This document shows positions 1 through 9,369 of a stretch of DNA of 35,723 nt, piece after piece. The position numbers and the translations under genes were made by a program. Origin of the DNA: a virus (taxonomy: Duplodnaviria > Caudoviricetes); the IMG/VR virus record IMGVR_UViG_3300037608_000024, positions 1-35,723 of that record, one strand, 5' to 3'. The stretch's first letter is position 1; every line of letters starts with the position of its first letter. The notes under the pieces are model-generated. The model saw only the letters and a program-made list of their open reading frames with translations, did no database searches and was not told the origin of the DNA.

Positions 1-240
1 CCTCCCTGAAAATCTAACCGTTGGTGGCTATCTCGATTTACGTGGAACAGGCATAACCGCCCTCCCTGAAAATCTAACCGTTGGTGGCTATCTCGATTTA
101 CGTAGAACAGGCATAACCGCCCTCCCTGAAAATCTAACCGTTGGTGGCTCTCTCGATTTAGAGGGAACAGGCATAACCGCCCTCCCTGAAAATCTAACCG
201 TTGGTGGCTCTCTCTATTTACGTGGAACAGGCATAACCGA
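1..240 (+). repeat. Four tandem 60-bp coding repeats, probably continuing upstream of the window
   Basis: Lines 1, 61, 121 and 181 are near-identical, with differences clustered in four codons. Confidence 0.97.
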
Positions 241-703
241 TACAAGCAAGGTGAATAAAACCATCAACGAAAATTCATTTTTTGAATGGCATGGACGCAA
301 ATATATAAAAGCGGACGGCATTTTTTCAAAGGTTGTTTCACATAAACGAAATGTGTTCAAAATTCAGAAAATAGGGCAAACCAAAGAATCGTACTTAGTT
401 ACTGACGGTAATGGTAAATTTTCACACGGCGATACGATTAAAGAAGCCAAAACAGACCTGATTTTCAAGATTTCCAACCGCGACAAATCTGACTATAAAG
501 GATTGACGCTTGAAAGCAAAATGAATTTTGAAAAAGCGATTGAATGCTATCGTATTATAACAGGAGCTTGCAGTTTTGGAACTAAAGACTTTGTTTCAAA
601 CAGACTTATTAAACGCAAAAAAGAGTACACAATAGCTGAAATAATTGAAGTTACAAAAGGCGAATATGGAAATTCAGTTTTCAAACAATTCTTTTTGAAT
701 TAA
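2..703 (+). CDS. 5'-truncated LRR-like repeat protein (20-aa repeats LPENLTVGGxLxLxxTGITA) with a non-repeat C-terminal domain
   Basis: Frame starting at base 2 is open and continuous with track ORF 251..703; four 60-bp units each translate to the repeat. Confidence 0.85.
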   Translation, partial: LPENLTVGGYLDLRGTGITALPENLTVGGYLDLRRTGITALPENLTVGGSLDLEGTGITALPENLTVGGSLYLRGTGITDTSKVNKTINENSFFEWHGRKYIKADGIFSKVVSHKRNVFKIQKIGQTKESYLVTDGNGKFSHGDTIKEAKTDLIFKISNRDKSDYKGLTLESKMNFEKAIECYRIITGACSFGTKDFVSNRLIKRKKEYTIAEIIEVTKGEYGNSVFKQFFLN

Positions 704-720
704 TCAAAAAACCAAACAAT

Positions 721-2733
721 ATGAATGTAGAATTAAGAAAATTGACTTTGAAGTATTTCAAAGGAAAGCAGAATTTAGAAGTAAATTTCACCTATCCTGA
801 AACCGTGATAATGGGTGAAAACGGCACGGGCAAATCAACGATTTCCGATGCGTGGCATTGGTTACTATTTGGGAAAGATAGTCAGGGGCGAAGCGTAAAA
901 ACAGCAACCTCCGACGGATTTGAACTAAAAACACTGACATCCGACAATGTAGTTATCCCAAATGTAGACCACGAGGTTATCGGGGAATTGTATTGCGACG
1001 GGCGGAAAGTAGAACTCCGCAAGGTTTATAAAGAGGATTGGGTCAAGCCCCGGGGGGCTTTGGAAGCTGTATTAAAAGGACATACGAATGTTTGCTATTT
1101 TGACGGCGTGCCCGTTGATATGGGTGAATACAACCGCCGTGTGAATGACATTATCCCCGAAGCACTTTTCAAGCTAATTACAAACCCACTTTATTATAAT
1201 CAGTTACATTGGACTGATAGACGTAAAGTGCTTATCGCAATGGCGGGGGACATAAAAGATGCTGATATTGCAGCGATAAACCCCGAATTTCAAAAGCTCT
1301 TGCAAAGTTTGGACGGTAAATCAATCGCTGATTTTAAAGCCAAAATCGGGGCTGAAAAAGCAACTATCAAAAAGGAATTTGACTTACTCCCGACAAAGAT
1401 TGCAACCGTCCGGGAGGGAATGCCTGAAAAGCAAGATTGGGAAGCCCTGCAAAAAGAATTGAACACACTGCAAAGCGAAATTGACGAAATTGATATTGCG
1501 ATTGGGGACGCAAACAAGTCGTATCAAACAATTTTAGAGCTGACACAGGGGAAACAACGCCAAATAAATCAGCTAAAAACCGAAAAACAAACCATCGAAC
1601 AAACAGCCCGGGCGGCGGAAAAAGACAGGGTTTTCGAGGCGAACCAAAAACGTCGCGATTTAGAAAACGAAATCGCCGTATTGAAACGCGAATTGACAAC
1701 GTGCCAAACCAACGCCGATGCTCTGAAAAAAGAGCGCGATACGGTTGAAGCAAATTTGAACAAGGCGGTTACACAATCTAACAAGCTCCGGGATGATTGG
1801 TATTCGGAAAATTCAAAAGAATACTTCCCCGGCGATGGTTGTTTGACGTGCCCGGTTTACGGACATGAATGTACGGATGGAACAGCTCACCAATTCCACG
1901 CCGGGGCGGCAGAAAAAGCCCGTGAAGCATTCAACCAAAAGAAGCGCGAAACGCTTGCAACGATTTCCGAAAATGGCAGAAACGAAAACGCCAAAATACC
2001 ACACTTGCAAGAGCAAATAAAAGCAATTGATTCGGAGCTTGTAAAGTATGCAGACATACAAGAGCAATCCAAAATCAAATTGGATATCAAAATGAATGAA
2101 TTAAGGACAACACCAATCGAGGCGGAAAAGGAAATCGACATCACACTCCATCCGGATTGGATTGCAGCCGATTTGGAAATCAAGGAATTGGAAGCGCAAA
2201 TAGAGGACAGCCCGGCAACCGCCGACAATACCGAACTCATCCAAAAGAAACGGGAAATTACAGCGCAAACCGACGCACTGAAAAAGACTTTGAATACCAA
2301 AGAACAAATCGCAAACGATGAACGCCGTATCGCCGAATACATGGAACAGCAAAGGACGCAAGCCCAAAAAATCGCCGACCTTGAAGCAATGGAATACGAA
2401 GCGATGCAATTTACGAAAGCCAAATTTGCGGAGGTTGAAAACCGTATAAACAGCAAATTCAAAATCGTACAATTCAAGATGTTCGATTACACAAACGACG
2501 GAAACGAAGTTGAAAAGTGCGAAACATTGGTGAATGGCGTGCCATACTTATCAATCAACACGGCGGGACAAATCAATGCAGGGCTTGATATTATCAATGC
2601 CATTTGCGAATATCACAATGTTTTCGCCCCGATTTTCATAGACCGCCGGGAAAGTGTGAATGCCCTTATACCGTGCAAATCACAGATTATCAATTTAGTA
2701 GTATCGAAAGAAAAAACATTACAAATCAATTAA
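721..2733 (+). CDS. Rad50/SbcC/SMC-like coiled-coil ATPase
   Basis: Walker A GENGTGKST, long coiled coil, central Cys cluster CLTCPVYGHEC, C-terminal PIFIDRRES Walker B-like motif; near recT. Confidence 0.85.
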   Translation: MNVELRKLTLKYFKGKQNLEVNFTYPETVIMGENGTGKSTISDAWHWLLFGKDSQGRSVKTATSDGFELKTLTSDNVVIPNVDHEVIGELYCDGRKVELRKVYKEDWVKPRGALEAVLKGHTNVCYFDGVPVDMGEYNRRVNDIIPEALFKLITNPLYYNQLHWTDRRKVLIAMAGDIKDADIAAINPEFQKLLQSLDGKSIADFKAKIGAEKATIKKEFDLLPTKIATVREGMPEKQDWEALQKELNTLQSEIDEIDIAIGDANKSYQTILELTQGKQRQINQLKTEKQTIEQTARAAEKDRVFEANQKRRDLENEIAVLKRELTTCQTNADALKKERDTVEANLNKAVTQSNKLRDDWYSENSKEYFPGDGCLTCPVYGHECTDGTAHQFHAGAAEKAREAFNQKKRETLATISENGRNENAKIPHLQEQIKAIDSELVKYADIQEQSKIKLDIKMNELRTTPIEAEKEIDITLHPDWIAADLEIKELEAQIEDSPATADNTELIQKKREITAQTDALKKTLNTKEQIANDERRIAEYMEQQRTQAQKIADLEAMEYEAMQFTKAKFAEVENRINSKFKIVQFKMFDYTNDGNEVEKCETLVNGVPYLSINTAGQINAGLDIINAICEYHNVFAPIFIDRRESVNALIPCKSQIINLVVSKEKTLQIN

Positions 2734-2744
2734 TTACAAACAAA

Positions 2745-3128
2745 ATGGAAGCAAAAGAACAAGATTTAAGAAGCGAATTCACTATTGAAGTGAATAAAGC
2801 TGTGAAAGGTATCGTGGCAATCGCAGAACAGGACAGTGAAAAAAGGGGATTAATTGTAATCGCCGTTGATACTGCAAATGACAAGAAAGTGGAAGTGATT
2901 GGCACTGTGGGCGGAAACCCTGAATTGCTTATTAAAACATTATCAAAGATATTGCAAACCGAAAAAAGGCTGAAAAGAATCATGGAAAAAGCTATGATGA
3001 CAGCCAAAATTGAAAACATTTTAGATGAATTATTAAGCGAATTATCTGACTGCAATAACGATGAATGTGCTGATTGCGATAAAAAAGCAGAATGTGATTT
3101 AATCAACAAAAACGAAAACGAAAACTAA
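2745..3128 (+). CDS. Hypothetical protein with Cys-rich C-terminus
   Basis: ATG at 2745 after an A-rich leader, in frame with track ORF 2604..3128. Confidence 0.7.
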   Translation: MEAKEQDLRSEFTIEVNKAVKGIVAIAEQDSEKRGLIVIAVDTANDKKVEVIGTVGGNPELLIKTLSKILQTEKRLKRIMEKAMMTAKIENILDELLSELSDCNNDECADCDKKAECDLINKNENEN

Positions 3129-3136
3129 TTTAAAAC

Positions 3137-4162
3137 ATGGAAGCAAATCAAGAAAAAAAACAGGGTGAACAAACAGGTAGTATGTTCACAGGGACAGCCG
3201 GGGCGGCAGGTGTAACACCTATCAAAGTAGAAACCACAAAAGCGGCGGCGACAGCCCCCGCGGTTGCAACCCCTCCCGCCCCGGCGGCGGTGCAACCAAA
3301 AACACAGGCGGCGGCACTCCGGGACATCCAAAACGAAACGACAGTTAAGGTTTTGGAACATGTACAGGCATTGCAAGAGGCGGGCGATTTAAAACTCCCT
3401 GAAAATTATGCAGCCGGGAATCAAGTGAAACTCGCATGGTTAAACCTCCTTGAAGTAACAGACAGAAACGGGAATCCAGCCTTACAGGTATGTACGAAAG
3501 AAAGCATTGCAAACGCCCTTTTGGAAATGCTCGTTAAGGGTTTATCGGTGGCAAAAAAGCAATGTGATTTTATCGTTTACGGTAACAAGTTGACACTTCA
3601 AGAGGAGTATCATGGTACAATTGCAATCGCCCGCCGGGTTGGAGGTGTGGTTGGTGTCCCAACTGGAAACGTGATTTACGAGGGCGATGATTTTGTTTAC
3701 AGTATTGACCCAAAAACAGGGCGAAAATACATTGTGAAACACGAACAGGATTTTATGAATATCGACATGAATAAAATCAAAGGGGCTTATGCTACAATCC
3801 AGCTTTCGGATGGCTCGACACATGTTGAAATAATGAACATGAACCAAATCCGACAGGCGTGGATGCAAGGTGCGACAAAAGGACAAAGCCCGGCACACAA
3901 AAACTTCCCCGACCAAATGGCTATCAAAACCGTGATTTCACGTGGTTGCAAGTTGTTTATCAGTACGTCGGATGATAGTGGGTTGTACAAGCCACTCGGC
4001 GAAGAAAATAGCGAAGAAATGCCCAAAACAAAGCCGGATGTAAAACAGCCCAAAGAGGCAAAGAGAACGCTTGAAATTCAGGATATACCACACACAGAAA
4101 TAAAAGAACAGCCAAACCCGATTGTCAAAGATGATGCGGCGGCTGACAAACCGGGTTTCTAA
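3137..4162 (+). CDS. recT: RecT-family single-strand annealing recombinase
   Basis: CTKESIANALLEM, GLSVAKKQCDFIVYG, IYEGDDF and FPDQMAIKTVI motifs typical of phage RecT. Confidence 0.9.
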   Translation: MEANQEKKQGEQTGSMFTGTAGAAGVTPIKVETTKAAATAPAVATPPAPAAVQPKTQAAALRDIQNETTVKVLEHVQALQEAGDLKLPENYAAGNQVKLAWLNLLEVTDRNGNPALQVCTKESIANALLEMLVKGLSVAKKQCDFIVYGNKLTLQEEYHGTIAIARRVGGVVGVPTGNVIYEGDDFVYSIDPKTGRKYIVKHEQDFMNIDMNKIKGAYATIQLSDGSTHVEIMNMNQIRQAWMQGATKGQSPAHKNFPDQMAIKTVISRGCKLFISTSDDSGLYKPLGEENSEEMPKTKPDVKQPKEAKRTLEIQDIPHTEIKEQPNPIVKDDAAADKPGF

Positions 4163-4163
4163 T

Positions 4164-4418
4164 ATGGCACGTTACGCTCTAAGGAATCAACAAAAAATCA
4201 GCTCTGTATTGGGGGCTGATTTTTTGGAAAGGCTCTTAAAAAGTGCTGATTATCATTTTGCTAATTGCAGTATAAACGCCGAAAGGCTTTTGCAATACAG
4301 CAACGAATATGACATTTTGAAAGTAAAAAACAAGGGCGGCGAAAGCACTTTTATTTTCTGCATTATAGGGAAAAAATATGATGTTTATACGCTTGCATTT
4401 TTAAAGGAGGAAAAATAA
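4164..4418 (+). CDS. Hypothetical protein (MARYALRNQQKI...)
   Basis: ATG immediately after the recT stop; stop overlaps the next ATG. Confidence 0.7.
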   Translation: MARYALRNQQKISSVLGADFLERLLKSADYHFANCSINAERLLQYSNEYDILKVKNKGGESTFIFCIIGKKYDVYTLAFLKEEK

Positions 4419-5155
4419 TGAGGCTCACAATTTTAGGTTCAAGTTCGGCGGGAAACTGCTACATATTGCACAACGAAACAGAGGCTTTGATTTTGGAAGC
4501 CGGGTTAAGGTTTACAGAGGTAAGAAAAGCCCTAAATTTTCAAACCTCTAAAATCGTTGGATTGCTTTGCACCCACGAGCACGGCGACCACGCCGGGTAT
4601 CTACAAGAGTATATCAAAGCGGGTATCCCCGTTTGTGCAAGCCGTGGAACGCTTTCGGCAAAAGGTATCGACACCAATGTAATAAAGCCGACACAGGCAG
4701 AAAAAACAACCGTTTTCGGGGGGTTTCGTATTATGGGTTTCAATGCCGTACATGATTGCAAAGAGCCGTTCGGTTTTTTGATAAACCACGCTGAAACGGG
4801 GACAATACTTTTTGCAACGGACACGGCTGATATACTCTACAATTTTGCCGGGATGAATAACCTACTTATAGAAGCAAATTACAGCGACGAAATAGTGTAC
4901 GATAACATCTACAAAGGCAAATTAAACGCCAAACATCAAGAGCGTGTCATGCAATCCCACATGTCCCTCTCAACGTGCGAACGCTTCTTGCAGGGTAACG
5001 ATATGAAAGGGGTAAACAACATTGTTTTAATCCATCTTTCGGACGGGAATAGTAATGCAGTACAATTCAAGGAGCATATTGCCCGGGCAACGGGAAAGAC
5101 TGTACATGTAGCTGATAAAAATATGACTATTGAATTTAATAAAAGTCCATTTTGA
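4418..5155 (+). CDS. Metallo-beta-lactamase-fold hydrolase, probable nuclease partner of RecT
   Basis: GSSSAGNCY, THEHGDH, HDCKEP, ATDT, EANY, LIHLS motifs. Confidence 0.9.
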   Translation: MRLTILGSSSAGNCYILHNETEALILEAGLRFTEVRKALNFQTSKIVGLLCTHEHGDHAGYLQEYIKAGIPVCASRGTLSAKGIDTNVIKPTQAEKTTVFGGFRIMGFNAVHDCKEPFGFLINHAETGTILFATDTADILYNFAGMNNLLIEANYSDEIVYDNIYKGKLNAKHQERVMQSHMSLSTCERFLQGNDMKGVNNIVLIHLSDGNSNAVQFKEHIARATGKTVHVADKNMTIEFNKSPF

Positions 5156-5158
5156 ATT

Positions 5159-5440
5159 ATGGAAACAAAAAATAAAACGCCCACACTATTCGACACGATT
5201 AGCGAAACGCCCCAAAAACCAACGGGCAACCCATACCACGCCCGAAGCGGCAAATTTACAAACAAGTATATCGCCCGGGCTGAACAAGCCGAAAAACGGG
5301 CGGCAATTGCCGAAAATCGGCTTGAATATGTAACCTCTTGTTATAGTGCAATCGGGCGGCAATTTGCCCGGGTTTCAAGGGAATTAGAACAGGCAAAACA
5401 AGAATTAAAACAATTAAAAAATCAAAGAGCATGGACTTGA
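5159..5440 (+). CDS. Hypothetical protein with NPYHARSGKFT motif and coiled coil
   Basis: ORF track; tight operon packing. Confidence 0.7.
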   Translation: METKNKTPTLFDTISETPQKPTGNPYHARSGKFTNKYIARAEQAEKRAAIAENRLEYVTSCYSAIGRQFARVSRELEQAKQELKQLKNQRAWT

Positions 5441-5610
5441 CAAAAGTAACAATTGGCGATATTACATATCACGTCGAAAAGGTTGAAACTCACGAAATTG
5501 TTACCGGGCAACGATATGTCTTTTTTGGGGTTTCATGGTACAAAGTTATCGGATTTAATTTACATAATCACATAAAAAACAAACCGGGGGCAACCCCACA
5601 AAAACAGTAA
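5431..5610 (+). CDS. Small hypothetical protein, 59 aa (MDLTKVTIGDITYHVEKVET...), not in ORF track
   Basis: Manual translation; fills the gap between flanking genes and overlaps the upstream stop. Confidence 0.5.
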   Translation: MDLTKVTIGDITYHVEKVETHEIVTGQRYVFFGVSWYKVIGFNLHNHIKNKPGATPQKQ

Positions 5611-5615
5611 AAAAA

Positions 5616-6047
5616 ATGGATAAAATTTTAGGACAAGAAATCAAAAGCCTTAAAGGCAGAATGGAGTATTTAGAAGCAAATTGCCACGGTATCGAAGAAA
5701 AAGGGTACATGAAGCAATTCACGCCCGAACAGATTGCGGAATTTAAAGACAAGCTCGCTGGAACTTCCATTGCAATCAACGAAATTGAAATCCGCAAAAA
5801 AGCCGCAATGGACGCTTTCAAATTGGAATTGCAACCGCTTGAAACAGAGCGCAAAGACCTCTTGAAAGGCATTAAGGAAAAGGCTGAATTTGTAGAAGAA
5901 CAGTGTTTTAAATTCATTTTTGACGATGAACGGATGGTTGGCTACTACAATGCCGAGGGTGTACTTATAGAAGCCCGCCCAATGCGCCCCGAGGAAATGC
6001 AAACGGCGATGTTTGTACCAATCCAAAGGACAGGAACAAACGACTAA
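5616..6047 (+). CDS. Phage hypothetical protein, coiled coil
   Basis: ORF track; A-rich leader. Confidence 0.8.
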   Translation: MDKILGQEIKSLKGRMEYLEANCHGIEEKGYMKQFTPEQIAEFKDKLAGTSIAINEIEIRKKAAMDAFKLELQPLETERKDLLKGIKEKAEFVEEQCFKFIFDDERMVGYYNAEGVLIEARPMRPEEMQTAMFVPIQRTGTND

Positions 6048-6109
6048 TCAAAACAAACCAAAAGCCCGGGCAAACGCCCCGGGCACTAACAACAAAAAAA
6101 ATAAATTTT

Positions 6110-6817
6110 ATGAAAAACGAATTGAATTTATCGGTAGTATCCGAAAACGGAACAGTAACTATTTTGGAGGGAAAAGCCCTTGAACAAAAAGAGCAAAGAA
6201 CGATTGACATCAATGGTATTTTAAACAACCCGGCGGAGTGGCTGGGGAAGCGATTAAAAGAAATCGACCCAATGCAAGCCCACGTCATTGTCAACCGCGA
6301 ACAGTTGTCAATCCGTTTGGTAACAGAGGAAAAGAGCCATTATGCAACCAAAATCGGCGGGGCGTTACAATTGCACCCGGATTTTGCGAAGTTCGGTATT
6401 AATAGCGGCGAGTATTCGACGGCTTTTGATATGGCACATTTTTTCAAAATGAACCGTTCTTGTTTTGAGAACCACAATGAAGCGATGAATTTGGTTGCAC
6501 AACTGCAAAACTTCAAAGCAAAAGTAAACAAAGCCCTTGAAAATAGCGATAACAACCGGGGCGACAGGAAAGTACTTATTGAACAAACAGTAAAAAGCAA
6601 CCTCCCTGAATTATTTACATTGAATATCCCAATTTTCAAAGGACAGCTGAAAGAAACATTTCAAGTAGAGGTCTATGTCCGTGCCGAAGATTTGACATGT
6701 ACGCTCGTTTCACCACAGGCGAATGATTTGGTGGCTCAAATGCGTGATAAAGCCATTGATGAAGTTATAGCGAAAATCAGCGTTTTGTGCCCCGAAATTG
6801 TAATTTTAGAACAATAA
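6110..6817 (+). CDS. Phage hypothetical protein (possibly DUF2303-like)
   Basis: ORF track; LPELFTLNIPIFKG resembles that family. Confidence 0.7.
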   Translation: MKNELNLSVVSENGTVTILEGKALEQKEQRTIDINGILNNPAEWLGKRLKEIDPMQAHVIVNREQLSIRLVTEEKSHYATKIGGALQLHPDFAKFGINSGEYSTAFDMAHFFKMNRSCFENHNEAMNLVAQLQNFKAKVNKALENSDNNRGDRKVLIEQTVKSNLPELFTLNIPIFKGQLKETFQVEVYVRAEDLTCTLVSPQANDLVAQMRDKAIDEVIAKISVLCPEIVILEQ

Positions 6818-6909
6818 CGGGATAAACGTCCGGGCAAATACAGAACGCTTGAAATTAAGCCGCAAATCAACGCCCCGGGGAATTATTTATTTTTAACAGC
6901 AAATTGTAT

Positions 6910-6950
6910 TGTAAAAGTGGTTATATTGTAATCACTTTTACATACTTTTG
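6910..6950 (+). promoter_or_regulatory. Palindromic operator (14-bp arms, 5-bp spacer) abutting a Bacteroidota -7 promoter element
   Basis: TGTAAAAGTGGTTA-TATTG-TAATCACTTTTACA at 6910-6942 (one mismatch); TACTTTTG at 6943-6950. Confidence 0.8.
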
Positions 6951-6964
6951 CAAACATAAACAAC

Positions 6965-6990
6965 AAGCGGACAGAAAGAACCGCTTTTTT
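6965..6990 (+). terminator. Possible intrinsic terminator or attenuator
   Basis: AAGCGG-N10-CCGCTT followed by a T run. Confidence 0.45.
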
Positions 6991-7025
6991 AAGAACTTAA
7001 TTATTTAATCTTAAAAACAAAAGTA

Positions 7026-7190
7026 ATGAGCAAAAAAATTAAAAAAACGGACATTGACCCGGACAAACTAATCACGAAATCAAGATTAGCAAGGAAAATC
7101 GGGACAACCCCTACAACAATCAACGACATGATTAAGAGGGGGGAATTGGTAGTAGTGCAAGCCGATGGGGTTGAATTAGTTCATTTATAA
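7026..7190 (+). CDS. Small HTH DNA-binding protein, 54 aa (Xis/Cro-like), not in ORF track
   Basis: Manual translation MSKKIKKTDIDPDKLITKSRLARKIGTTPTTINDMIKRGELVVVQADGVELVHL; first gene after the operator/promoter. Confidence 0.75.
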   Translation: MSKKIKKTDIDPDKLITKSRLARKIGTTPTTINDMIKRGELVVVQADGVELVHL

Positions 7191-7200
7191 TTTCAGGATT

Positions 7201-7935
7201 ATGGCAACGGACAAAAATTCATTTCTATTATACACTGATTTAATTCACCTCGTGCGGAAATTACCAAAGGAAACCCGGGGCGATTTATTTCTTGTGATAT
7301 TGGAATATGTAAACGACAATATCACGGTTGTAGAAGCAATGACAGAGGCTGATATGTTGCTTAATTTCACATTTGAACCTATCAAACAGCAATTGAAACG
7401 GGACTTGAAAAAGTACGAAACTATCCGTGAAAAGAAAAGATTAGCAGGTGTTGCAAGTGCTGAAAAAAGGAAACAAAATCAACAGGTGTTGACAGGTGTT
7501 GACACATGTCAACAAAGCGCAACACATTCAACCGTAAATGTAAGTGTAAATGATAGTGTAAATGTAAATGATAATGTAATAGAGAGAGAAAATATTATAC
7601 CGACCCCCACAAAATTCAATTCGGATTATATTGTACCAATCACAGAACTTGAAAATGTTTTACTTTCCGATGATATGTGGATTGAAAGTTTGGCACGCTT
7701 ACACATGTTCGACAGGGTGAGTGCTCAAAACTCTATATCTATTGCGAAAGGTTGGGTAAAAAAATATGTCGCTGACCAAATGGCTGAAAACGTGAAAATG
7801 AAAAGCCGGGCGGATGCTTTCTCACATTGCAAAAGATGGATAAATACAAGATTGAAAAATGAACACAACAAAACAACCGATTCAAATACGCGAAGTGTCG
7901 CTGACACCGACAAACACAATAGCGAAAAACTGTGA
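7201..7935 (+). CDS. Phage replication initiator (DUF6291-like N-terminus)
   Basis: KNSFLLY start, low-complexity VNVSVNDSVNVNDNV linker, directly upstream of a DnaC-like ATPase. Confidence 0.75.
   Translation: MATDKNSFLLYTDLIHLVRKLPKETRGDLFLVILEYVNDNITVVEAMTEADMLLNFTFEPIKQQLKRDLKKYETIREKKRLAGVASAEKRKQNQQVLTGVDTCQQSATHSTVNVSVNDSVNVNDNVIERENIIPTPTKFNSDYIVPITELENVLLSDDMWIESLARLHMFDRVSAQNSISIAKGWVKKYVADQMAENVKMKSRADAFSHCKRWINTRLKNEHNKTTDSNTRSVADTDKHNSEKL
7445..7580. repeat. Iteron-like repeats inside the initiator gene; candidate replication origin
   Basis: CAGGTGTTG at 7445, 7483, 7493; palindrome TGTTGACA-CA-TGTCAACA at 7497-7514; AT-rich GTAAAT-type repeats after 7533. Confidence 0.5.
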
Positions 7936-8518
7936 TAATAGACCGAAATTCGACAAAAACATTGTTTATAACGGCATAATCATAGAAACAGCGGCATTGC
8001 TCGAAAAAAAAGGGAAAAAACTGATTTTGCATGATGTGAATGAGTTTATTTTCAGGGAAGTTGCTGCATGGTACGCAAACGATGAAAGTTTCGGCGGCGA
8101 CCTTAGAAAAGGTATATTAATCCGCGGGACGTGTGGCACTGGTAAAACATTACTCGCAAAGGCAATGCAAGAAGTGATTCTGAAAATGCAAAGATTGCAC
8201 GCCGGATTCACTTATTCCGTGGATTTACAAAGGCTCTACACATTGCAAAATACAGAGGCTATCGATATTCTTAAAAATAGAAAAATCACAATAATAGACG
8301 ACCTCGGGGTTGAACAGGTTGCAACAAGGCATTTTGGGAATATACAAGAGCCGTTCAATGACCTTTTTGACCACAGGTATAGAAACGAACTAAAGACTAT
8401 TGTGACAACAAACTTAACCCCCGGGGAAATAAAAGACAGATACGGGGACAGAATTATTGAGCGATTCAGGGAAACCATGAATGACATTGTTATGAGTTAC
8501 GCTTCGTTTAGAGCATAG
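7859..8518 (+). CDS. DnaC/IstB-like AAA+ ATPase (helicase loader)
   Basis: Walker A GTCGTGKT, Walker B IIDDLG, TTNL, YGDRIIERF. Confidence 0.88.
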   Translation: MNTTKQPIQIREVSLTPTNTIAKNCDNRPKFDKNIVYNGIIIETAALLEKKGKKLILHDVNEFIFREVAAWYANDESFGGDLRKGILIRGTCGTGKTLLAKAMQEVILKMQRLHAGFTYSVDLQRLYTLQNTEAIDILKNRKITIIDDLGVEQVATRHFGNIQEPFNDLFDHRYRNELKTIVTTNLTPGEIKDRYGDRIIERFRETMNDIVMSYASFRA

Positions 8519-8579
8519 AGTATTGAATATCAGTTATATATAAATTTAAAGTATTGAACGCCAAAACAAAGAACATTTT

Positions 8580-9056
8580 ATGAGTGAAGTTAAATCAACC
8601 CACAAACAGCCGTTGAAAGAGAGCGAAAACGCCCCGGCTGTCAAAAAAGAACGCAAACCCCGTGAAAAGTATATCCCAATCGCCGAACGCTTCAAAACAG
8701 TGGGTGATATTGTGCGGAACGAACGTTGTCAAGAGTATATTGATAACCGCTTAAAATCAATCACGGCAAACCGGGCAAAAAACGCCCCGGGCAAAGGTAT
8801 GAGGTGGAAGCGTGGTGAATATGAAAATCTTGTAGAAATGGGTTTATGGGAAGCCAAAGCCATTTCACAAGAATTTTTGTTGATAGACGAATGTAAATCG
8901 AAGTTGGCTTCGGTTTTACGCAGGTATATCGAAAGTCTTGTTATTGAGGGCTTAAATCACACGCTGGAACATTACCGTGCGATAGAAAAAGAACGTGAAA
9001 CCAAAAAAGCAAAGCGCAATGAAAAGACTACCATACCCACAGCGGATTCAATATAA
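8580..9056 (+). CDS. Hypothetical protein
   Basis: ORF track; AT-rich leader. Confidence 0.75.
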   Translation: MSEVKSTHKQPLKESENAPAVKKERKPREKYIPIAERFKTVGDIVRNERCQEYIDNRLKSITANRAKNAPGKGMRWKRGEYENLVEMGLWEAKAISQEFLLIDECKSKLASVLRRYIESLVIEGLNHTLEHYRAIEKERETKKAKRNEKTTIPTADSI

Positions 9057-9369
9057 TTTATTCATTGATTGCCTGCAAAGAACAAAAAAGAAAGTTGATT
9101 TCGACGGCTCTTTGGTCTATTATATGTTATCAACGAGTTCAACCTTAGATAACGGAAATAGAAATTTCAGGGAAACGGCAAATGCAATCCAATTGATAAA
9201 TGAAAGACTTTGCCCGGGCGATTGGTGTACCCGTTCACACTGCAATGAATACAGTTCACATCATGCTTATTATTGCAGGAAAACACGTCCAAAGGTGTGC
9301 AAGATTTACAAAAAATACATTGAAAAACAAAGAATAAGAAAAGAAAAACAAGATGAAAAAGCCAAATAA
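9019..9369 (+). CDS. Hypothetical Cys-rich protein
   Basis: Track ORF 8995..9369 with likely ATG at 9019; five Cys in the C-terminal half. Confidence 0.65.
   Translation: MKRLPYPQRIQYNLFIDCLQRTKKKVDFDGSLVYYMLSTSSTLDNGNRNFRETANAIQLINERLCPGDWCTRSHCNEYSSHHAYYCRKTRPKVCKIYKKYIEKQRIRKEKQDEKAK

Noticed and set aside
1-240. CRISPR array or DGR template/variable repeat
   Set aside because: Units are contiguous with no unique spacers and encode in-frame protein; differences are not adenine-specific; no cas or reverse transcriptase gene in the window
4418-5155. Antibiotic-resistance beta-lactamase
   Set aside because: MBL-fold proteins beside RecT are typically phage nucleases; no signal peptide seen
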